Origin: an uncultured Erysipelotrichaceae bacterium
Lineage (GTDB): Bacteria > Bacillota_I > Bacilli_A > RFN20 > CAG-826
Assembly: GCA_902785645.1 (NCBI GenBank)
Contig: CACZZG010000010.1
Location: 2,279 to 66,278 of the forward strand
Direction: 5' to 3'
Length of the DNA stretch: 64,000 nt
Positions 33,760 to 44,437 of the stretch are shown piece after piece. The notes beneath the pieces are model-generated. The model ran no database searches, was not told the origin of the DNA, and saw only the letters and a program-made list of their open reading frames with translations. A program made the position numbers and the translations under genes. Every line of letters starts with the position of its first letter. Within the stretch, counting starts at the first letter, position 1.

Positions 33760-34440
33760 ATGGGTCAAAAAGTTAATCCAGTAGGTATGCGTGTTGGTGT
33801 CAACCGTGATTGGACATCACGTTGGTACGCAAACGATAACGAATACCATGTGTTCCTTAACGAAGATATTAAGATTCGTAAATATCTCGAAAAGAACCTT
33901 AAAGAAGCATTATTATCCCACGTCGAGATTGAAAGAAGTAAATCCGACAAAGGTACAAATGTCGTCGTCTCTGTCTTTGTGGCACGTCCAGGCGTTGTCA
34001 TTGGTCAAGATGGCAAAAATATCAACAAATTAAAAGAAGATTTATCCAAGTTACTCAATGGTGCTAACTTAAGAGTCGACGTTGTCGAAGTCAAAAATCC
34101 TGACTTAGACGCTAACATCGTCGCTCAATCAATTGCAAAGCAATTAGAAGAAAGAGCATCATTCAGAACCGCACAAAAGAAAGCCATTCAAAGAGTTCGT
34201 AAAGCCGGTGCCAAAGGTATCCGTACAGTCGTCTCTGGCCGTTTAGGCGGTGCTGATATCGCACGTAGCGAAGGTTATAAAGAAGGTATTATTCCTCTTC
34301 ATACATTACGTAGTGATATTGACTTCGCGATTTGTCACGCTGCTACACAATATGGCCGTTTAGGTGTCAAAGTGTGGATCTGCCGTGGTGAAATTCGCCC
34401 TGAACTTCAAAAGAAATCTTCTGGAGAGAAAGGAGAATAG
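33760..34440 (+). CDS. rpsC: 30S ribosomal protein S3
   Basis: MGQKVNP, SGRLGGADIARSE, PLHTLR. Confidence 0.98.
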   Translation: MGQKVNPVGMRVGVNRDWTSRWYANDNEYHVFLNEDIKIRKYLEKNLKEALLSHVEIERSKSDKGTNVVVSVFVARPGVVIGQDGKNINKLKEDLSKLLNGANLRVDVVEVKNPDLDANIVAQSIAKQLEERASFRTAQKKAIQRVRKAGAKGIRTVVSGRLGGADIARSEGYKEGIIPLHTLRSDIDFAICHAATQYGRLGVKVWICRGEIRPELQKKSSGEKGE

Positions 34441-34443
34441 TCC

Positions 34444-34857
34444 ATGTTACAACCAAATCGTGTGAAATATCGTCGTCCTCATATTATTAAATATGAAGGC
34501 AAAGCCACATCTGGTACAACAGTCGCATTCGGCGAATTCGGTCTTCAAGCCTTAGAAGGTGCTTGGATCACAACCCGTCAAATTGAAGCGGCCCGTGTGG
34601 TTATCTCCCGTTACACCAAAAGAGGTGGTAAGGTCGTCATTCGTATCTTCCCACACTTAGCTAAAACACAAAAAGCCGCCGGTACCCGTATGGGTTCTGG
34701 TAAAGGTTCACCAGAAGATTGGGTGGCAGTCGTCAGAAAAGGAACAATTATGTTCGAAATGGGTGGCGTACCTGAAGAATCCGCTAGAGAAGCTCTTCGC
34801 TTAGCGGCTTACAAACTCCCAATCAAATGTAAAGTTGTCAAGAAAGGAGAAGAGTAA
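34444..34857 (+). CDS. rplP: 50S ribosomal protein L16
   Basis: RQIEAAR, RMGSGKG, YKLPIK. Confidence 0.98.
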   Translation: MLQPNRVKYRRPHIIKYEGKATSGTTVAFGEFGLQALEGAWITTRQIEAARVVISRYTKRGGKVVIRIFPHLAKTQKAAGTRMGSGKGSPEDWVAVVRKGTIMFEMGGVPEESAREALRLAAYKLPIKCKVVKKGEE

Positions 34858-34859
34858 TT

Positions 34860-35057
34860 ATGAAAATTAATGAAGTTCGTGAATTAACCACACCTGAGTT
34901 AAAAGATAAGCTCTATTCCTTACAAGAACAATTATTCGAACTCCGCAGAAAGAAAGCTGTCGGTGCTCTCGAAAAGCCAGAAGATGTCATCGGCGTGAGA
35001 AAAGACATCGCGCGTATTAATTTAGTATTAAGAGAACGCGAACTCGCCAATAAATAA
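34860..35057 (+). CDS. rpmC: 50S ribosomal protein L29
   Basis: [13 protein letters not shown]; operon position. Confidence 0.96.
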   Translation: MKINEVRELTTPELKDKLYSLQEQLFELRRKKAVGALEKPEDVIGVRKDIARINLVLRERELANK

Positions 35058-35071
35058 GGAGGACAAACGTC

Positions 35072-35527
35072 ATGGAAAGAAAAGTTACAGCCCGTCGTAC
35101 CGTCCAAGGTGTCGTCGTCAGTGATAAGAATGACAAAACAATTGTCGTCCTTGTTGAAACACACAAAAGACACGCCAAATACGGAAAACGTGTTAAATAC
35201 GGTAAAAAATATTATGCTCACGATGAGAATAATGAAGCGAAGAATGGCGATACAGTAACCATCATGGAAACACGTCGCTTAAGCGCTACAAAGAGATTCA
35301 GACTCGTTAGCATCGATAAGAAAGCCGTCTTATCAGTTAAAGAAGCTGAAGCTGAATTAAAAGAAGAAATTCTTGAAGCTGAATTAAAAGAAGAAGCCCC
35401 AAAGGCTGAAGAAAAAGTCGAAGAACCTAAAGCGGAAGAAGTCAAAGCAGAAGAAAAACCTGCCAAGAAACCTGCTGCTAGAAAGGCGAAGAAAAAAGAA
35501 GAAGAACCAAAGGAGGAAAGTAAGTAA
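35072..35527 (+). CDS. rpsQ: 30S ribosomal protein S17 with about 65-aa E/K/A/P-rich C-terminal extension
   Basis: [33 protein letters not shown]. Confidence 0.97.
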   Translation: MERKVTARRTVQGVVVSDKNDKTIVVLVETHKRHAKYGKRVKYGKKYYAHDENNEAKNGDTVTIMETRRLSATKRFRLVSIDKKAVLSVKEAEAELKEEILEAELKEEAPKAEEKVEEPKAEEVKAEEKPAKKPAARKAKKKEEEPKEESK

Positions 35528-35904
35528 TGATCCAGAAAGAAACTAACCTTGTTGTCGCTGATAACAGTGGTGCACGTTCTGTTCGTGCTTTCACCCTCTA
35601 TGGTGGTTCAACCAGAAAATCATCCTCCATTGGAGATATCATCAAATGCTCTGTCAAAGATGCTATTCCAAATGGTAAGGTCAAAAAAGGCGATGTCGTC
35701 AGATGTGTTATCGTCAGAACCAAAAAGGCTATCAATAGACCAGATGGTTCCACAATCGCATTCGATGACAACGCAGTCGTCATCATCAATGATGATAATG
35801 CCCCAATCGGCACACGTGTCTTTGGCCCTGTCGCCAGAGAATTACGTGATTGTGGACAAGAAGGATTCATGAAAATTGTCTCCCTTGCTCCAGAAGTGTT
35901 ATAA
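35527..35904 (+). CDS. rplN: 50S ribosomal protein L14
   Basis: [26 protein letters not shown]. Confidence 0.98.
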   Translation: MIQKETNLVVADNSGARSVRAFTLYGGSTRKSSSIGDIIKCSVKDAIPNGKVKKGDVVRCVIVRTKKAINRPDGSTIAFDDNAVVIINDDNAPIGTRVFGPVARELRDCGQEGFMKIVSLAPEVL

Positions 35905-35920
35905 GGAGGAATAAAAGACT

Positions 35921-36226
35921 ATGAATTTAGTTAAAGGTGATACAGTCATCGTTATCGCTGGTCGCGATAAAGGCAAAACTGGTGTAATCCAAAAAGTTAT
36001 TCCTGAAAGTAACAGAGTTGTCGTTGAAAACGTCAACCTCCGTAAAAAACACAAAAAACCAACCCAAGCCAACCCAGATGGCGGTATTGTGGAAATCTAT
36101 GCTCCAATCGATGCTAGTAACGTTATGTTATTAGATCCAAAGACCAAGAAACCAACAAGAATCGGTCACAAAGTTGTCAAAGGTAAAAAAGTCCGCTACG
36201 CCAAGAAGAGCGGCACAACGCTATAA
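35921..36226 (+). CDS. rplX: 50S ribosomal protein L24
   Basis: KOW motif [16 protein letters not shown]. Confidence 0.97.
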   Translation: MNLVKGDTVIVIAGRDKGKTGVIQKVIPESNRVVVENVNLRKKHKKPTQANPDGGIVEIYAPIDASNVMLLDPKTKKPTRIGHKVVKGKKVRYAKKSGTTL

Positions 36227-36239
36227 GGAGGAAATAACC

Positions 36240-36935
36240 ATGGCAGAAGAAACCAAGAAAACTACTGTGAAGAAAACCTCCACAGCTAAAGCTGCTGCAC
36301 CAAAGGCAGAAATAGTCGAAGCTCCTAAAGCTGAAGCTCCAAAAGCGGAAAAGAAAGTCGCCAAAAAAGGCGCTGGAAACAAAGTTTCCGCCATTCAACC
36401 TCGTTTAAAAACAAAATATGAAAACGAAGTGAGAAAAGCATTAATGGAAAAATATAACTATTCTTCCACAATGCAAATTCCAGGCTTAGCTAAGATTGTC
36501 GTCAACATCGGTTGTGGTGATGCCACACAAGATGGCAAACGCTTAGAAGAAGCTGTTAGTGAATTAACACAAATCACTGGTCAAAAACCAATTATTACAA
36601 AAGCGAAAAAATCCATCGCTTCCTTCAAATTAAGAGAAGGTCAAGAAATCGGTTGTAAAGTTACATTACGTGGCGTTCGTATGTGGGATTTCTATGATAA
36701 GTTAGTCTCCATCGCCTTACCACGTGTTCGTGACTTCCGTGGTGTCAGCAAAAACGCCTTCGATGGTCGTGGAAACTACACCTTAGGTATCAAGGAACAA
36801 TTAATCTTCCCTGAAATCGATTATGATAAGGTCCAAAAAGTCCGTGGTATGGATATTGTTATCGTTACCACCGCAAGAACAGACGAAGAAGCATTCACAT
36901 TATTAGATTTAATGGGTATGCCATTCCATAGATAA
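36240..36935 (+). CDS. rplE: 50S ribosomal protein L5 with about 50-aa K/A-rich N-terminal extension
   Basis: [22 protein letters not shown]; ATG 36240 follows AAGGAGG. Confidence 0.97.
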   Translation: MAEETKKTTVKKTSTAKAAAPKAEIVEAPKAEAPKAEKKVAKKGAGNKVSAIQPRLKTKYENEVRKALMEKYNYSSTMQIPGLAKIVVNIGCGDATQDGKRLEEAVSELTQITGQKPIITKAKKSIASFKLREGQEIGCKVTLRGVRMWDFYDKLVSIALPRVRDFRGVSKNAFDGRGNYTLGIKEQLIFPEIDYDKVQKVRGMDIVIVTTARTDEEAFTLLDLMGMPFHR

Positions 36936-36949
36936 GAAAGGAGACCACA

Positions 36950-37135
36950 ATGGCTAAAACTAGTTTAAAGGTCCGTCAAAGCAGACCTCAAAAATACAAA
37001 GTTAGAGAATACACAAGATGTGAACGTTGTGGACGTCCTCACTCTGTCTATTCAAAATTCCATTTATGCCGTATTTGCTTACGTGAGCTTGCTTACAAAG
37101 GCGAAATCCCAGGCATGAAGAAATCATCTTGGTAA
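36950..37135 (+). CDS. rpsN: 30S ribosomal protein S14, Zn-binding type
   Basis: 61 aa with RCERCGR...LCRIC. Confidence 0.97.
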   Translation: MAKTSLKVRQSRPQKYKVREYTRCERCGRPHSVYSKFHLCRICLRELAYKGEIPGMKKSSW

Positions 37136-37154
37136 TAAGGAGGAAAAAGTAATT

Positions 37155-37547
37155 ATGATGTCAGATCCAATTGCGGATATGTTAACTCGTATCAGAAACG
37201 CAAATGCATTAAAACATGAAACAGTGAAAGTTCCTTCCAGCAAGATGAAAGTCGAAATCGCAAAGATTTTGAAAGAAGAAGGCTTCATTGTTGACTACAA
37301 AGTCAAAGGCGAAGTTAAAAAAGAAATGACCATTACCTTAAAATACGCTGCTGATGGTACAAGAGTTATCTCCGGTTTAAAGAGAATCTCCAAACCAGGC
37401 TTACGCGTTAACGTTGGTTGTGAAAAACTTCCAAGAGTCTTAAAGGGCTTAGGTATTGCTGTCATCTCAACTTCACAAGGTGTTATGACCGACGCAAAAG
37501 CCAGAACCTTAGGTATCGGCGGCGAAGTCATCGCCTACATTTGGTAG
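37155..37547 (+). CDS. rpsH: 30S ribosomal protein S8
   Basis: [25 protein letters not shown]. Confidence 0.98.
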   Translation: MMSDPIADMLTRIRNANALKHETVKVPSSKMKVEIAKILKEEGFIVDYKVKGEVKKEMTITLKYAADGTRVISGLKRISKPGLRVNVGCEKLPRVLKGLGIAVISTSQGVMTDAKARTLGIGGEVIAYIW

Positions 37548-37558
37548 GAGGATAGTTT

Positions 37559-38101
37559 ATGTCAAGAATTGGTAATAAACATATCGACCTTCCTGCCGGT
37601 GTTACCGTGACACAAGAAGGTAACAAAGCTAAAGTCACAGGTCCTAAAGGCACATTATTCGTTCCCTTAAATAATGGAATCGATATGAAAGTCGAAGGAA
37701 CAGTTGTTACATTCACCCGTCACAACGAACAAAAACAAACCAAACAAAACCATGGTACAGTCCGCGCGAACGTTCATAACGCTGTCGTCGGTGTTTCCGA
37801 AGGTTACAAAAAATCCTTAGAGATGAGAGGTATTGGTTACAAAGCTCAACTCCAAGGTAATAACTTAGTTTTATGGGCTGGCTACAGCCACACAGTGACC
37901 ATCGTTCCAAACGAAGGCGTCACCATCAAAATCGTTGATCCAACCAACATTGATGTTGAAGGCATCGACAAACAAGCTGTTGGTCAAACCGCGGCCAGAA
38001 TTCGCGAAGTTAGACCTCCAGAACCATATCTAGGTAAAGGCATTCGCTATAAAGGTGAGTACGTTGCTACAAAAGAAGGCAAACGTGCCGCTGGTAAATA
38101 A
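37559..38101 (+). CDS. rplF: 50S ribosomal protein L6
   Basis: MSRIG, PPEPYLGKGIRY. Confidence 0.98.
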   Translation: MSRIGNKHIDLPAGVTVTQEGNKAKVTGPKGTLFVPLNNGIDMKVEGTVVTFTRHNEQKQTKQNHGTVRANVHNAVVGVSEGYKKSLEMRGIGYKAQLQGNNLVLWAGYSHTVTIVPNEGVTIKIVDPTNIDVEGIDKQAVGQTAARIREVRPPEPYLGKGIRYKGEYVATKEGKRAAGK

Positions 38102-38125
38102 TTAGAAAGGTAGGATTAGTTGTTT

Positions 38126-38436
38126 ATGATTTCAAAACAAGATAAAAACGTATCTCGTGTTCGTAGACATGCTCGTGTTAGAGCCAAGATTTCTGGTACT
38201 ACGAAGCTCAAATTATCGACGATGTTAAAGGTGTTACCTTAGTTTCAAGTTCATCCATGACCTTAAAACTCGAAAATGGTAGCAACGTTGAAGCCGCCGC
38301 TAAAGTGGGTAAAGATATTGCTGAAAAAGCATTAGCCAAAAAGATTAAGAAAGTCGTCTTCGATCGTAGTGGTTATATCTACCATGGTCGTGTGAAGGCT
38401 TTAGCAGAAGCCGCTCGTGAAGCTGGCTTAGACTTC
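38126..38436 (+). CDS. rplR: 50S ribosomal protein L18, disrupted by an internal deletion/frameshift and a missing stop (probable assembly artefact)
   Basis: ATG 38126 gives [25 protein letters not shown]. The rest ([13 protein letters not shown]...[27 protein letters not shown]) resumes in another frame at 38203, and the conserved PRL.V.RS segment is absent. Confidence 0.88.
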
Positions 38437-39018
38437 GAAGCTCCAGCAGAAGAAGCTCCAAAAGAAGGTAAAGAAGTTCGTCGTCCAAGAGGCGATCGCG
38501 GTGATAGACGCCCAAGAGGTGACAAACGCGAACGTCGTGAAAGACGCGATGAACCAAAAGAATTTGAAGAACGTGTTGTCTTCATTAACCGTGTTAGCAA
38601 AACCGTTAAAGGTGGACGTAGAATGAAATTCTCCGCTCTTGTCGTCGTCGGTGACGGCAAAGGCCGCTATGGCTTCGGTGTCGGTAAAGCCGCTGAAGTC
38701 CCAGATGCAATTAAAAAAGCTTCTGAATCCGCCAAAAAGAACTTATTTAACATCCATTTAGTGAAGGGTGGAACCATCTCTCACGAAATCGTTGGTAAAT
38801 ATGGTGCCTGTAATGTTTATTTAAAACCTGCTCCTGAAGGTACTGGTATTATCGCCGGTGGTCCTGTCCGTGCAGTCTTAGAATTAGCAGGTGTTCGTAA
38901 CGTTTGCTCCAAAGTCTATGGTAGTAGAGCTCCAATCAACATCATTAGAGCGACAAACCAAGGCTTAAACAACCTCAAGAGCTACAAAGAGACCAGAACT
39001 CTTCGTGGCAAAGAATAA
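38437..39018 (+). CDS. rpsE: 30S ribosomal protein S5, fused in frame to the L18 C-terminus, own start not present
   Basis: [31 protein letters not shown]; no RBS or ATG between AGLDF and EAPAEEAPK. Confidence 0.93.
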   Translation, partial: EAPAEEAPKEGKEVRRPRGDRGDRRPRGDKRERRERRDEPKEFEERVVFINRVSKTVKGGRRMKFSALVVVGDGKGRYGFGVGKAAEVPDAIKKASESAKKNLFNIHLVKGGTISHEIVGKYGACNVYLKPAPEGTGIIAGGPVRAVLELAGVRNVCSKVYGSRAPINIIRATNQGLNNLKSYKETRTLRGKE

Positions 39019-39066
39019 AAAAATATCTATAAAGGATATAAAATAAAGAATTAAGGAGGTGCACTT

Positions 39067-39507
39067 ATGAAATTACATGAACTTCAAGCAACCGAAGGTG
39101 CTCGTCAAGAACATTACCGCAAAGGTCGTGGCTTAGGATCTGGAAACGGCAAAACCGCCGGTAAAGGTCATAAAGGCCAAAACGCTCGTAGTGGTGGTGG
39201 CGTCGCACTAGGTTTTGAAGGTGGTCAATTACCACTCTTCAGAAGATTACCAAAACGTGGTTTTAAAAACGTCAATCATGTCAATTATGCCACCATTAAT
39301 GTCAAGGATCTCAACAGATTCGAAGATGGCACTGTGGTCTCCCCAGCATTACTAAAAGAAGTTGGTTTATTAACCAAAGAATATAATGGTTTAAAAGTCT
39401 TAGGCGGAGGAACTTTGGAAAAGAAGTTAACCGTCCAAGCTCAAGCCTTCAGCAAATCCGCTGAAAAAGCCATTAGTGATGCCGGTGGCAAAATTGAGGT
39501 GATCTAA
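39067..39507 (+). CDS. rplO: 50S ribosomal protein L15
   Basis: [29 protein letters not shown]. Confidence 0.98.
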   Translation: MKLHELQATEGARQEHYRKGRGLGSGNGKTAGKGHKGQNARSGGGVALGFEGGQLPLFRRLPKRGFKNVNHVNYATINVKDLNRFEDGTVVSPALLKEVGLLTKEYNGLKVLGGGTLEKKLTVQAQAFSKSAEKAISDAGGKIEVI

Positions 39508-39509
39508 TT

Positions 39510-40868
39510 ATGAAAAAATTAGGTGGTATTCTTAAAAATAAAGAAATCATGAATCGTATCATGTTTACGATTCTCATCCTCTTCATCTTCCGTATCGGTG
39601 CACAAATCACCGTCCCGGGAGTTACATTAGGTGAAGACTTACAGAATTATTTAGATAGTTCTTATGCCTTATCACTTATGAACTTATTAGGTGGTGGAAC
39701 TCTTCAAAGTTTCTCCATCTTCGCCTTAGGCGTGAGCCCATATATTACTGCGCAGATTATCGTGGAATTATTAGCCACAGATGTCTTACCAGCCTTAACT
39801 GAGCTCAAACGTCAAGGTCAATCCGGACGTAAGAAGATGGAAATGGCAACTCGTTACTTAACATTAATGTTAGGTGCCGTTCAAGCCTATGGTATTATCC
39901 AAACCATGAAATCATCTGATGCAATTACATTTGTAACTGCTTCACATGAATGGCTCACATATATCTACATCATCGTTGTTATGATGGCGGGATCTATGAT
40001 TGTCATGTGGCTTGGTGACCAAATATCCGTGAAGGGTATCGGAAATGGTATCTCAATGATTATCTTTGCAGGTATCGTTTGCTCCTTACCATCACAAATT
40101 GGAAACGCCTTCACATTATGGGTCGGCAATTCCGCATTACAAGGACAAGGCGACTCCGCACGTATTGCAGGTATCTTCAAATTCTTGCTCTACATTCTCG
40201 CTTATGTTCTCATTATCGCCTTTGTTACATTCATCGAACTCTCTAAGAGAAAGATTCCAGTGCAACATTCAGGTAAAGGTGGGGGACAAACTCAATCCAT
40301 GTCCCGCGCTAGCTTCTTGCCAATTAAAGTTAACTCCGCCGGTGTCATTCCTGTCATCTTCGCGAGCTCAATCTTAATGGCACCAAGCGTTATCGTCGCA
40401 TTCGTTGATGCTGAACACGCCAGTGATAAATGGTTGGGTATATTCCAAACCTCAACTATGTATGACATGGGTGGTTGGTCAATGCCTTGGGGCTTAATTA
40501 TCTATTTAGTCTTAACCATTGCCTTCACATTCTTCTATGCGAATGTACAAATTAATCCACAACAACTCGCCGAGAACTTCCAAAAGAACGGTAGTTACAT
40601 CCCTGGTATTCATACCGGTAATGAAACTGAACGTTATGTGAGAAAAGTTCTCAACCGTGTCACATTTATCGGTGCGATGGCCTTAGCCTTAATCGCCGCC
40701 TTACCAGTTGTCTTAACCTTGACTATCTTCAAAGATAATCCATCGTTAGCTCTCGGTGGCACCGGCTTAATCATCGTTGTTGGTGTGGCGCTTGAAATCA
40801 ATAGCCAAATCGATGGCTTACTCGCTGGTAAATCCTTCGAAGAAGTCGTCGCAAGTGGAGGACGTTAA
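39510..40868 (+). CDS. secY: Preprotein translocase SecY
   Basis: SIFALGVSPYITAQI, GIGNGIS, AGVIPVIFASS, GGTGLIIVVGV. Confidence 0.98.
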   Translation: MKKLGGILKNKEIMNRIMFTILILFIFRIGAQITVPGVTLGEDLQNYLDSSYALSLMNLLGGGTLQSFSIFALGVSPYITAQIIVELLATDVLPALTELKRQGQSGRKKMEMATRYLTLMLGAVQAYGIIQTMKSSDAITFVTASHEWLTYIYIIVVMMAGSMIVMWLGDQISVKGIGNGISMIIFAGIVCSLPSQIGNAFTLWVGNSALQGQGDSARIAGIFKFLLYILAYVLIIAFVTFIELSKRKIPVQHSGKGGGQTQSMSRASFLPIKVNSAGVIPVIFASSILMAPSVIVAFVDAEHASDKWLGIFQTSTMYDMGGWSMPWGLIIYLVLTIAFTFFYANVQINPQQLAENFQKNGSYIPGIHTGNETERYVRKVLNRVTFIGAMALALIAALPVVLTLTIFKDNPSLALGGTGLIIVVGVALEINSQIDGLLAGKSFEEVVASGGR

Positions 40869-40870
40869 TT

Positions 40871-41521
40871 ATGTTAAAAAACATCATCCTTATGGGCCCT
40901 CCTGGTGCAGGAAAAGGCACATTAGCTAAACAACTCAAGCAAGCTTTTAATCTCACGCATATCTCTACAGGTGATATGTTCCGTGAAAACATTAAAGGTG
41001 GAACCAAACTCGGTCTTCTCGCTAAATCTTATATTGATAAAGGTCACCTCGTCCCAGATGAAGTTACCATCGATATGTTAAAAGATCGCTTAGCACAAGA
41101 TGACTGCAAAAACGGTTTCTTACTCGATGGTTTCCCAAGAACTCTTCCTCAAGCAGAAGCTTTAGAAAGATTATCTAAGGAAATCGATCGTCCAATCGAA
41201 GTGGTGGTCAACTTAGATTGTGATAACCAAGAACTTATTAGACGTATCTCTGGTCGTCGCGTTTGTAAAAACTGTGGCGCTCCATATCACATTGAAACCA
41301 TGAAACCAAAAGTGGAAGGTGTCTGTGATTTGTGTGGCGGTCCACTCTATCAACGCGCTGACGATAATGAAGAAGCATTAAAAGTTCGTTTAGACCATTA
41401 TGTTCATGACACCAAACCTCTATTAGACTTCTATGCCGAAAGAGGATTATTAAAGAACTTCAATTCTTTGATAGGTAGTCTAGAACTCTTCAATCAAGTT
41501 TCTGAATTTTTGAACAAATAA
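40871..41521 (+). CDS. adk: Adenylate kinase (Zn-lid type)
   Basis: GPPGAGKGT, LDGFPR, CKNC...CDLC. Confidence 0.98.
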   Translation: MLKNIILMGPPGAGKGTLAKQLKQAFNLTHISTGDMFRENIKGGTKLGLLAKSYIDKGHLVPDEVTIDMLKDRLAQDDCKNGFLLDGFPRTLPQAEALERLSKEIDRPIEVVVNLDCDNQELIRRISGRRVCKNCGAPYHIETMKPKVEGVCDLCGGPLYQRADDNEEALKVRLDHYVHDTKPLLDFYAERGLLKNFNSLIGSLELFNQVSEFLNK

Positions 41522-41522
41522 T

Positions 41523-42284
41523 ATGATTATTACAAAATCTAGTAGAGAAATTGCCTTAATGAAGGAAGCCGGTCGTGTGGTCGGTCTAGTGTTTAAAACA
41601 TTAGAAGCACAAATTAAGCCCGGTATGAGCACGTTAGACATTGATTCGATTGTTGAGAAGACGATGTTAGAAAACGGCTGTATACCCGCGGAAAAAGGCT
41701 ATTATGGCTATCCTGCGAGTGCATGTGTCAGTGTTAATGACACTTTGATACATGGAATTCCTTCAAATAAGATTATTATCCGTGAGGGTGATATTGTCTC
41801 TGTGGATATTGTAGCAACATATAAGGGCTATTCCGCTGATGCGTGTCGTACATTTAAAGTCGGCACGCTCACGGAAAGGGCACACCGTATTGTTGATATT
41901 ACCAAACAAGCCTTCTTTGAAGCTTTAAAAGCAGTGAAAGTGGGTAACCACATTGGTGATATCAGCGAGACGATTCAAAAATTTGTCGAAAGTCATGGTT
42001 ATAATGTCGTACGCGAATATACCGGACATGGAATCGGCGCTCATATGCATGAGGATCCAAGCATTCCTAACTACGGTAAAGCGGGGACTGGACCATTAAT
42101 TACTCCAAATATTGCTCTATGTATTGAACCTATGGTTCTTGAAGGTCGTAAAGATGTTAGAACCCTTGGTGATGGCTGGACGGTAAAGAGTAAAGACGGT
42201 AAATTAACCGCACATTATGAAAACACAGTAATTGTCACTAATGACGGATACGAAATTATTACCATGTATGAAGGAGAAGAATAA
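41523..42284 (+). CDS. map: Methionine aminopeptidase type I
   Basis: HGIP, DIVSVD, GHGIG..MHEDP, IEPM, AHYENT. Confidence 0.97.
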   Translation: MIITKSSREIALMKEAGRVVGLVFKTLEAQIKPGMSTLDIDSIVEKTMLENGCIPAEKGYYGYPASACVSVNDTLIHGIPSNKIIIREGDIVSVDIVATYKGYSADACRTFKVGTLTERAHRIVDITKQAFFEALKAVKVGNHIGDISETIQKFVESHGYNVVREYTGHGIGAHMHEDPSIPNYGKAGTGPLITPNIALCIEPMVLEGRKDVRTLGDGWTVKSKDGKLTAHYENTVIVTNDGYEIITMYEGEE

Positions 42285-42503
42285 ATGTCCAAACAAGATA
42301 TGATTGAAGTTCAGGCGGTCGTTAAGGAGTGCCTGCCAAACGCAAACTTTAAGGTAGAACTCGAAAACGGCGTCGTAATTCAGGCCACCGTTTCTGGAAA
42401 AATCCGTATGAATTACATACGCATTCTCCCAGGTGATAGAGTTACGGTAGAAATCTCGCCTTATGATTTAACACGGGGCCGCATAACATTTAGGTTTAAA
42501 TAA
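42285..42503 (+). CDS. infA: Translation initiation factor IF-1
   Basis: [25 protein letters not shown]. Confidence 0.98.
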   Translation: MSKQDMIEVQAVVKECLPNANFKVELENGVVIQATVSGKIRMNYIRILPGDRVTVEISPYDLTRGRITFRFK

Positions 42504-42526
42504 ACCGCAATTAGGAGGAAAAACTT

Positions 42527-42640
42527 ATGAAAGTCAGACCCTCAGTCAAACCAATCTGCCCAAAGTGTAGAGTGATTAAGAGAAATGGCAAAGTGATGGT
42601 CATTTGCTCAAATCCAAAACACAAGCAGAGACAAGGTTAA
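42527..42640 (+). CDS. rpmJ: 50S ribosomal protein L36
   Basis: Not in the ORF track. Manual translation [37 protein letters not shown]; AGGAGG RBS. Confidence 0.97.
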   Translation: MKVRPSVKPICPKCRVIKRNGKVMVICSNPKHKQRQG

Positions 42641-42657
42641 TAGGAGGAAATTGAAAT

Positions 42658-43035
42658 ATGGCACGTATTGTTGGTGTTGATATTCCAAACGACAAACCAG
42701 TCAAAATCGCCCTTACTTACATCTATGGTATCGGCAGATTCACCGCTTCCCAAATTTGTGAAGCCGCAAAAGTAGATGGCATGATCAGAGTTAAAGATTT
42801 AACAGATGATCAATTCGGTGCAATTCGTAATGAAATTGCCAAATATAAAACAGAAGGTGACCTTCGTAGAGAAGTTGCTTTAAACATCAAACGTTTAACA
42901 GAAATCAACTGCTACAGAGGTTTACGTCATAGAAAAGGCTTACCAGTTAGAGGCCAAAGAACCAAAACTAACGCTCGTACTCGTAAAGGTCCACGTAAGA
43001 CCATTGCGAATAAGAAGATGGCCCCACAAGGTTAA
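42658..43035 (+). CDS. rpsM: 30S ribosomal protein S13
   Basis: [26 protein letters not shown]. Confidence 0.98.
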   Translation: MARIVGVDIPNDKPVKIALTYIYGIGRFTASQICEAAKVDGMIRVKDLTDDQFGAIRNEIAKYKTEGDLRREVALNIKRLTEINCYRGLRHRKGLPVRGQRTKTNARTRKGPRKTIANKKMAPQG

Positions 43036-43053
43036 TGAAAGGAGAATAGAGTT

Positions 43054-43443
43054 ATGGCCAAGAAAACAACAACTCGTAAAAAGAAAGTCAAACGCTCATT
43101 TACGAAGGGTGTTGCCCACATTCATTCCACTTTCAATAACACAATTGTTACAATCTGTGATGAACAAGGTAACGCCTTAAGCTGGAGCAGCGCTGGTGCT
43201 ATGGGATTCAAAGGCGCCAAGAAAGCCACTCCATTTGCCGCCCAAATGGCAGCAGAAGCTGCAGGTAAAGCAGCATACGATCAAGGCATCCGCCAAGTCG
43301 ATGTCGATGTTAAAGGCCCAGGCCCAGGCAGAGAAGGTGCAATTCGTTCCTTAGCCGTCGTTGGCTTACAAGTCTTATCAATCGTTGACAGCACACCAAT
43401 CCCACATAACGGTTGCCGTCCACCAAAACGCCCAAGAGGCTAA
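43054..43443 (+). CDS. rpsK: 30S ribosomal protein S11
   Basis: [26 protein letters not shown]. Confidence 0.98.
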   Translation: MAKKTTTRKKKVKRSFTKGVAHIHSTFNNTIVTICDEQGNALSWSSAGAMGFKGAKKATPFAAQMAAEAAGKAAYDQGIRQVDVDVKGPGPGREGAIRSLAVVGLQVLSIVDSTPIPHNGCRPPKRPRG

Positions 43444-43457
43444 TCGGAGGTTTAAAC

Positions 43458-44423
43458 ATGAAAATTGCCAATCCATTTGAAAGATTCGGTATCACACAAG
43501 CCGACTATGACGGAACAGAAAACTATGGCCGTTTCGTGATTGAACCACTCGAAAGAGGTTATGGTAACACCTTAGGTAACGCATTACGTAGAGTTTTACT
43601 CTCCAGCTTACCAGGTGCTTCCTTATACGCCGTTGAAGTTGAGGGTGCACGTCATGAATTCACCGCTTTAGAAGGCGTTGAAGAAGATGTCACATCCATC
43701 ATCTTAAATTTAAAAGGTCTCGTCTTAAGAATTCCTGAAGAAGACGATTCTAATAAGAGACTCGAAATTGATGTCAAAGGCCCAGCAGTGGTGACCGCAA
43801 AAGACATTCAACTTCCTGCCGGTGTCGAAGTCGTCAATCCTGACTTAGAAATCGCTCACGTTTGTGAAGGTGGTAGCTTACACATGGTCTTACACGCCAG
43901 AAATGGTCGTGGCTATGTCACTGGTGAACAAAATAAAATTATCCATTCTGGTTTAGCCTTAGGCACAATCAGCACCGATAGTAACTATTCCCCAGTTAGA
44001 AAAGCTAACTACACTGTTGAAAACACACGTGTTGGACACGATTCACGTTTCGACAAATTAACAATTGAAGTTTGGACAGATGGTTCAATCCTTCCACAAG
44101 AAGCATTAGCATTATCTGCTGAATTATTAATTGCCCACTTAAATAAATTCTTAGACGTTGCTGACATCACACGTGATATCAACATCGAAAAAGACGAAGT
44201 TAAAGTGGAAGAAAACAAATATGAGAACTTCACCATTGAAGAACTCGATCTCTCCGTCCGTTCTTATAACTGCTTAAAGAGAGCAGGCATTCAAACCATT
44301 CTCGAATTAACAGATAAGACAGAAGAAGACATGATGAAAGTTAAGAACTTAGGCAAAAAATCTCTTAAAGAGATTAAAGAAAAACTCACCGCCTATAACT
44401 TATCCTTCAAAGATTTTGAATAA
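43458..44423 (+). CDS. rpoA: RNA polymerase alpha subunit
   Basis: EPLERGYGNTLGNALRRVLLSS, LSVRSYNCLKRAGI; ATG 43458 follows GGAGG. Confidence 0.98.
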   Translation: MKIANPFERFGITQADYDGTENYGRFVIEPLERGYGNTLGNALRRVLLSSLPGASLYAVEVEGARHEFTALEGVEEDVTSIILNLKGLVLRIPEEDDSNKRLEIDVKGPAVVTAKDIQLPAGVEVVNPDLEIAHVCEGGSLHMVLHARNGRGYVTGEQNKIIHSGLALGTISTDSNYSPVRKANYTVENTRVGHDSRFDKLTIEVWTDGSILPQEALALSAELLIAHLNKFLDVADITRDINIEKDEVKVEENKYENFTIEELDLSVRSYNCLKRAGIQTILELTDKTEEDMMKVKNLGKKSLKEIKEKLTAYNLSFKDFE

Positions 44424-44437
44424 GGAGGTAACAATTT

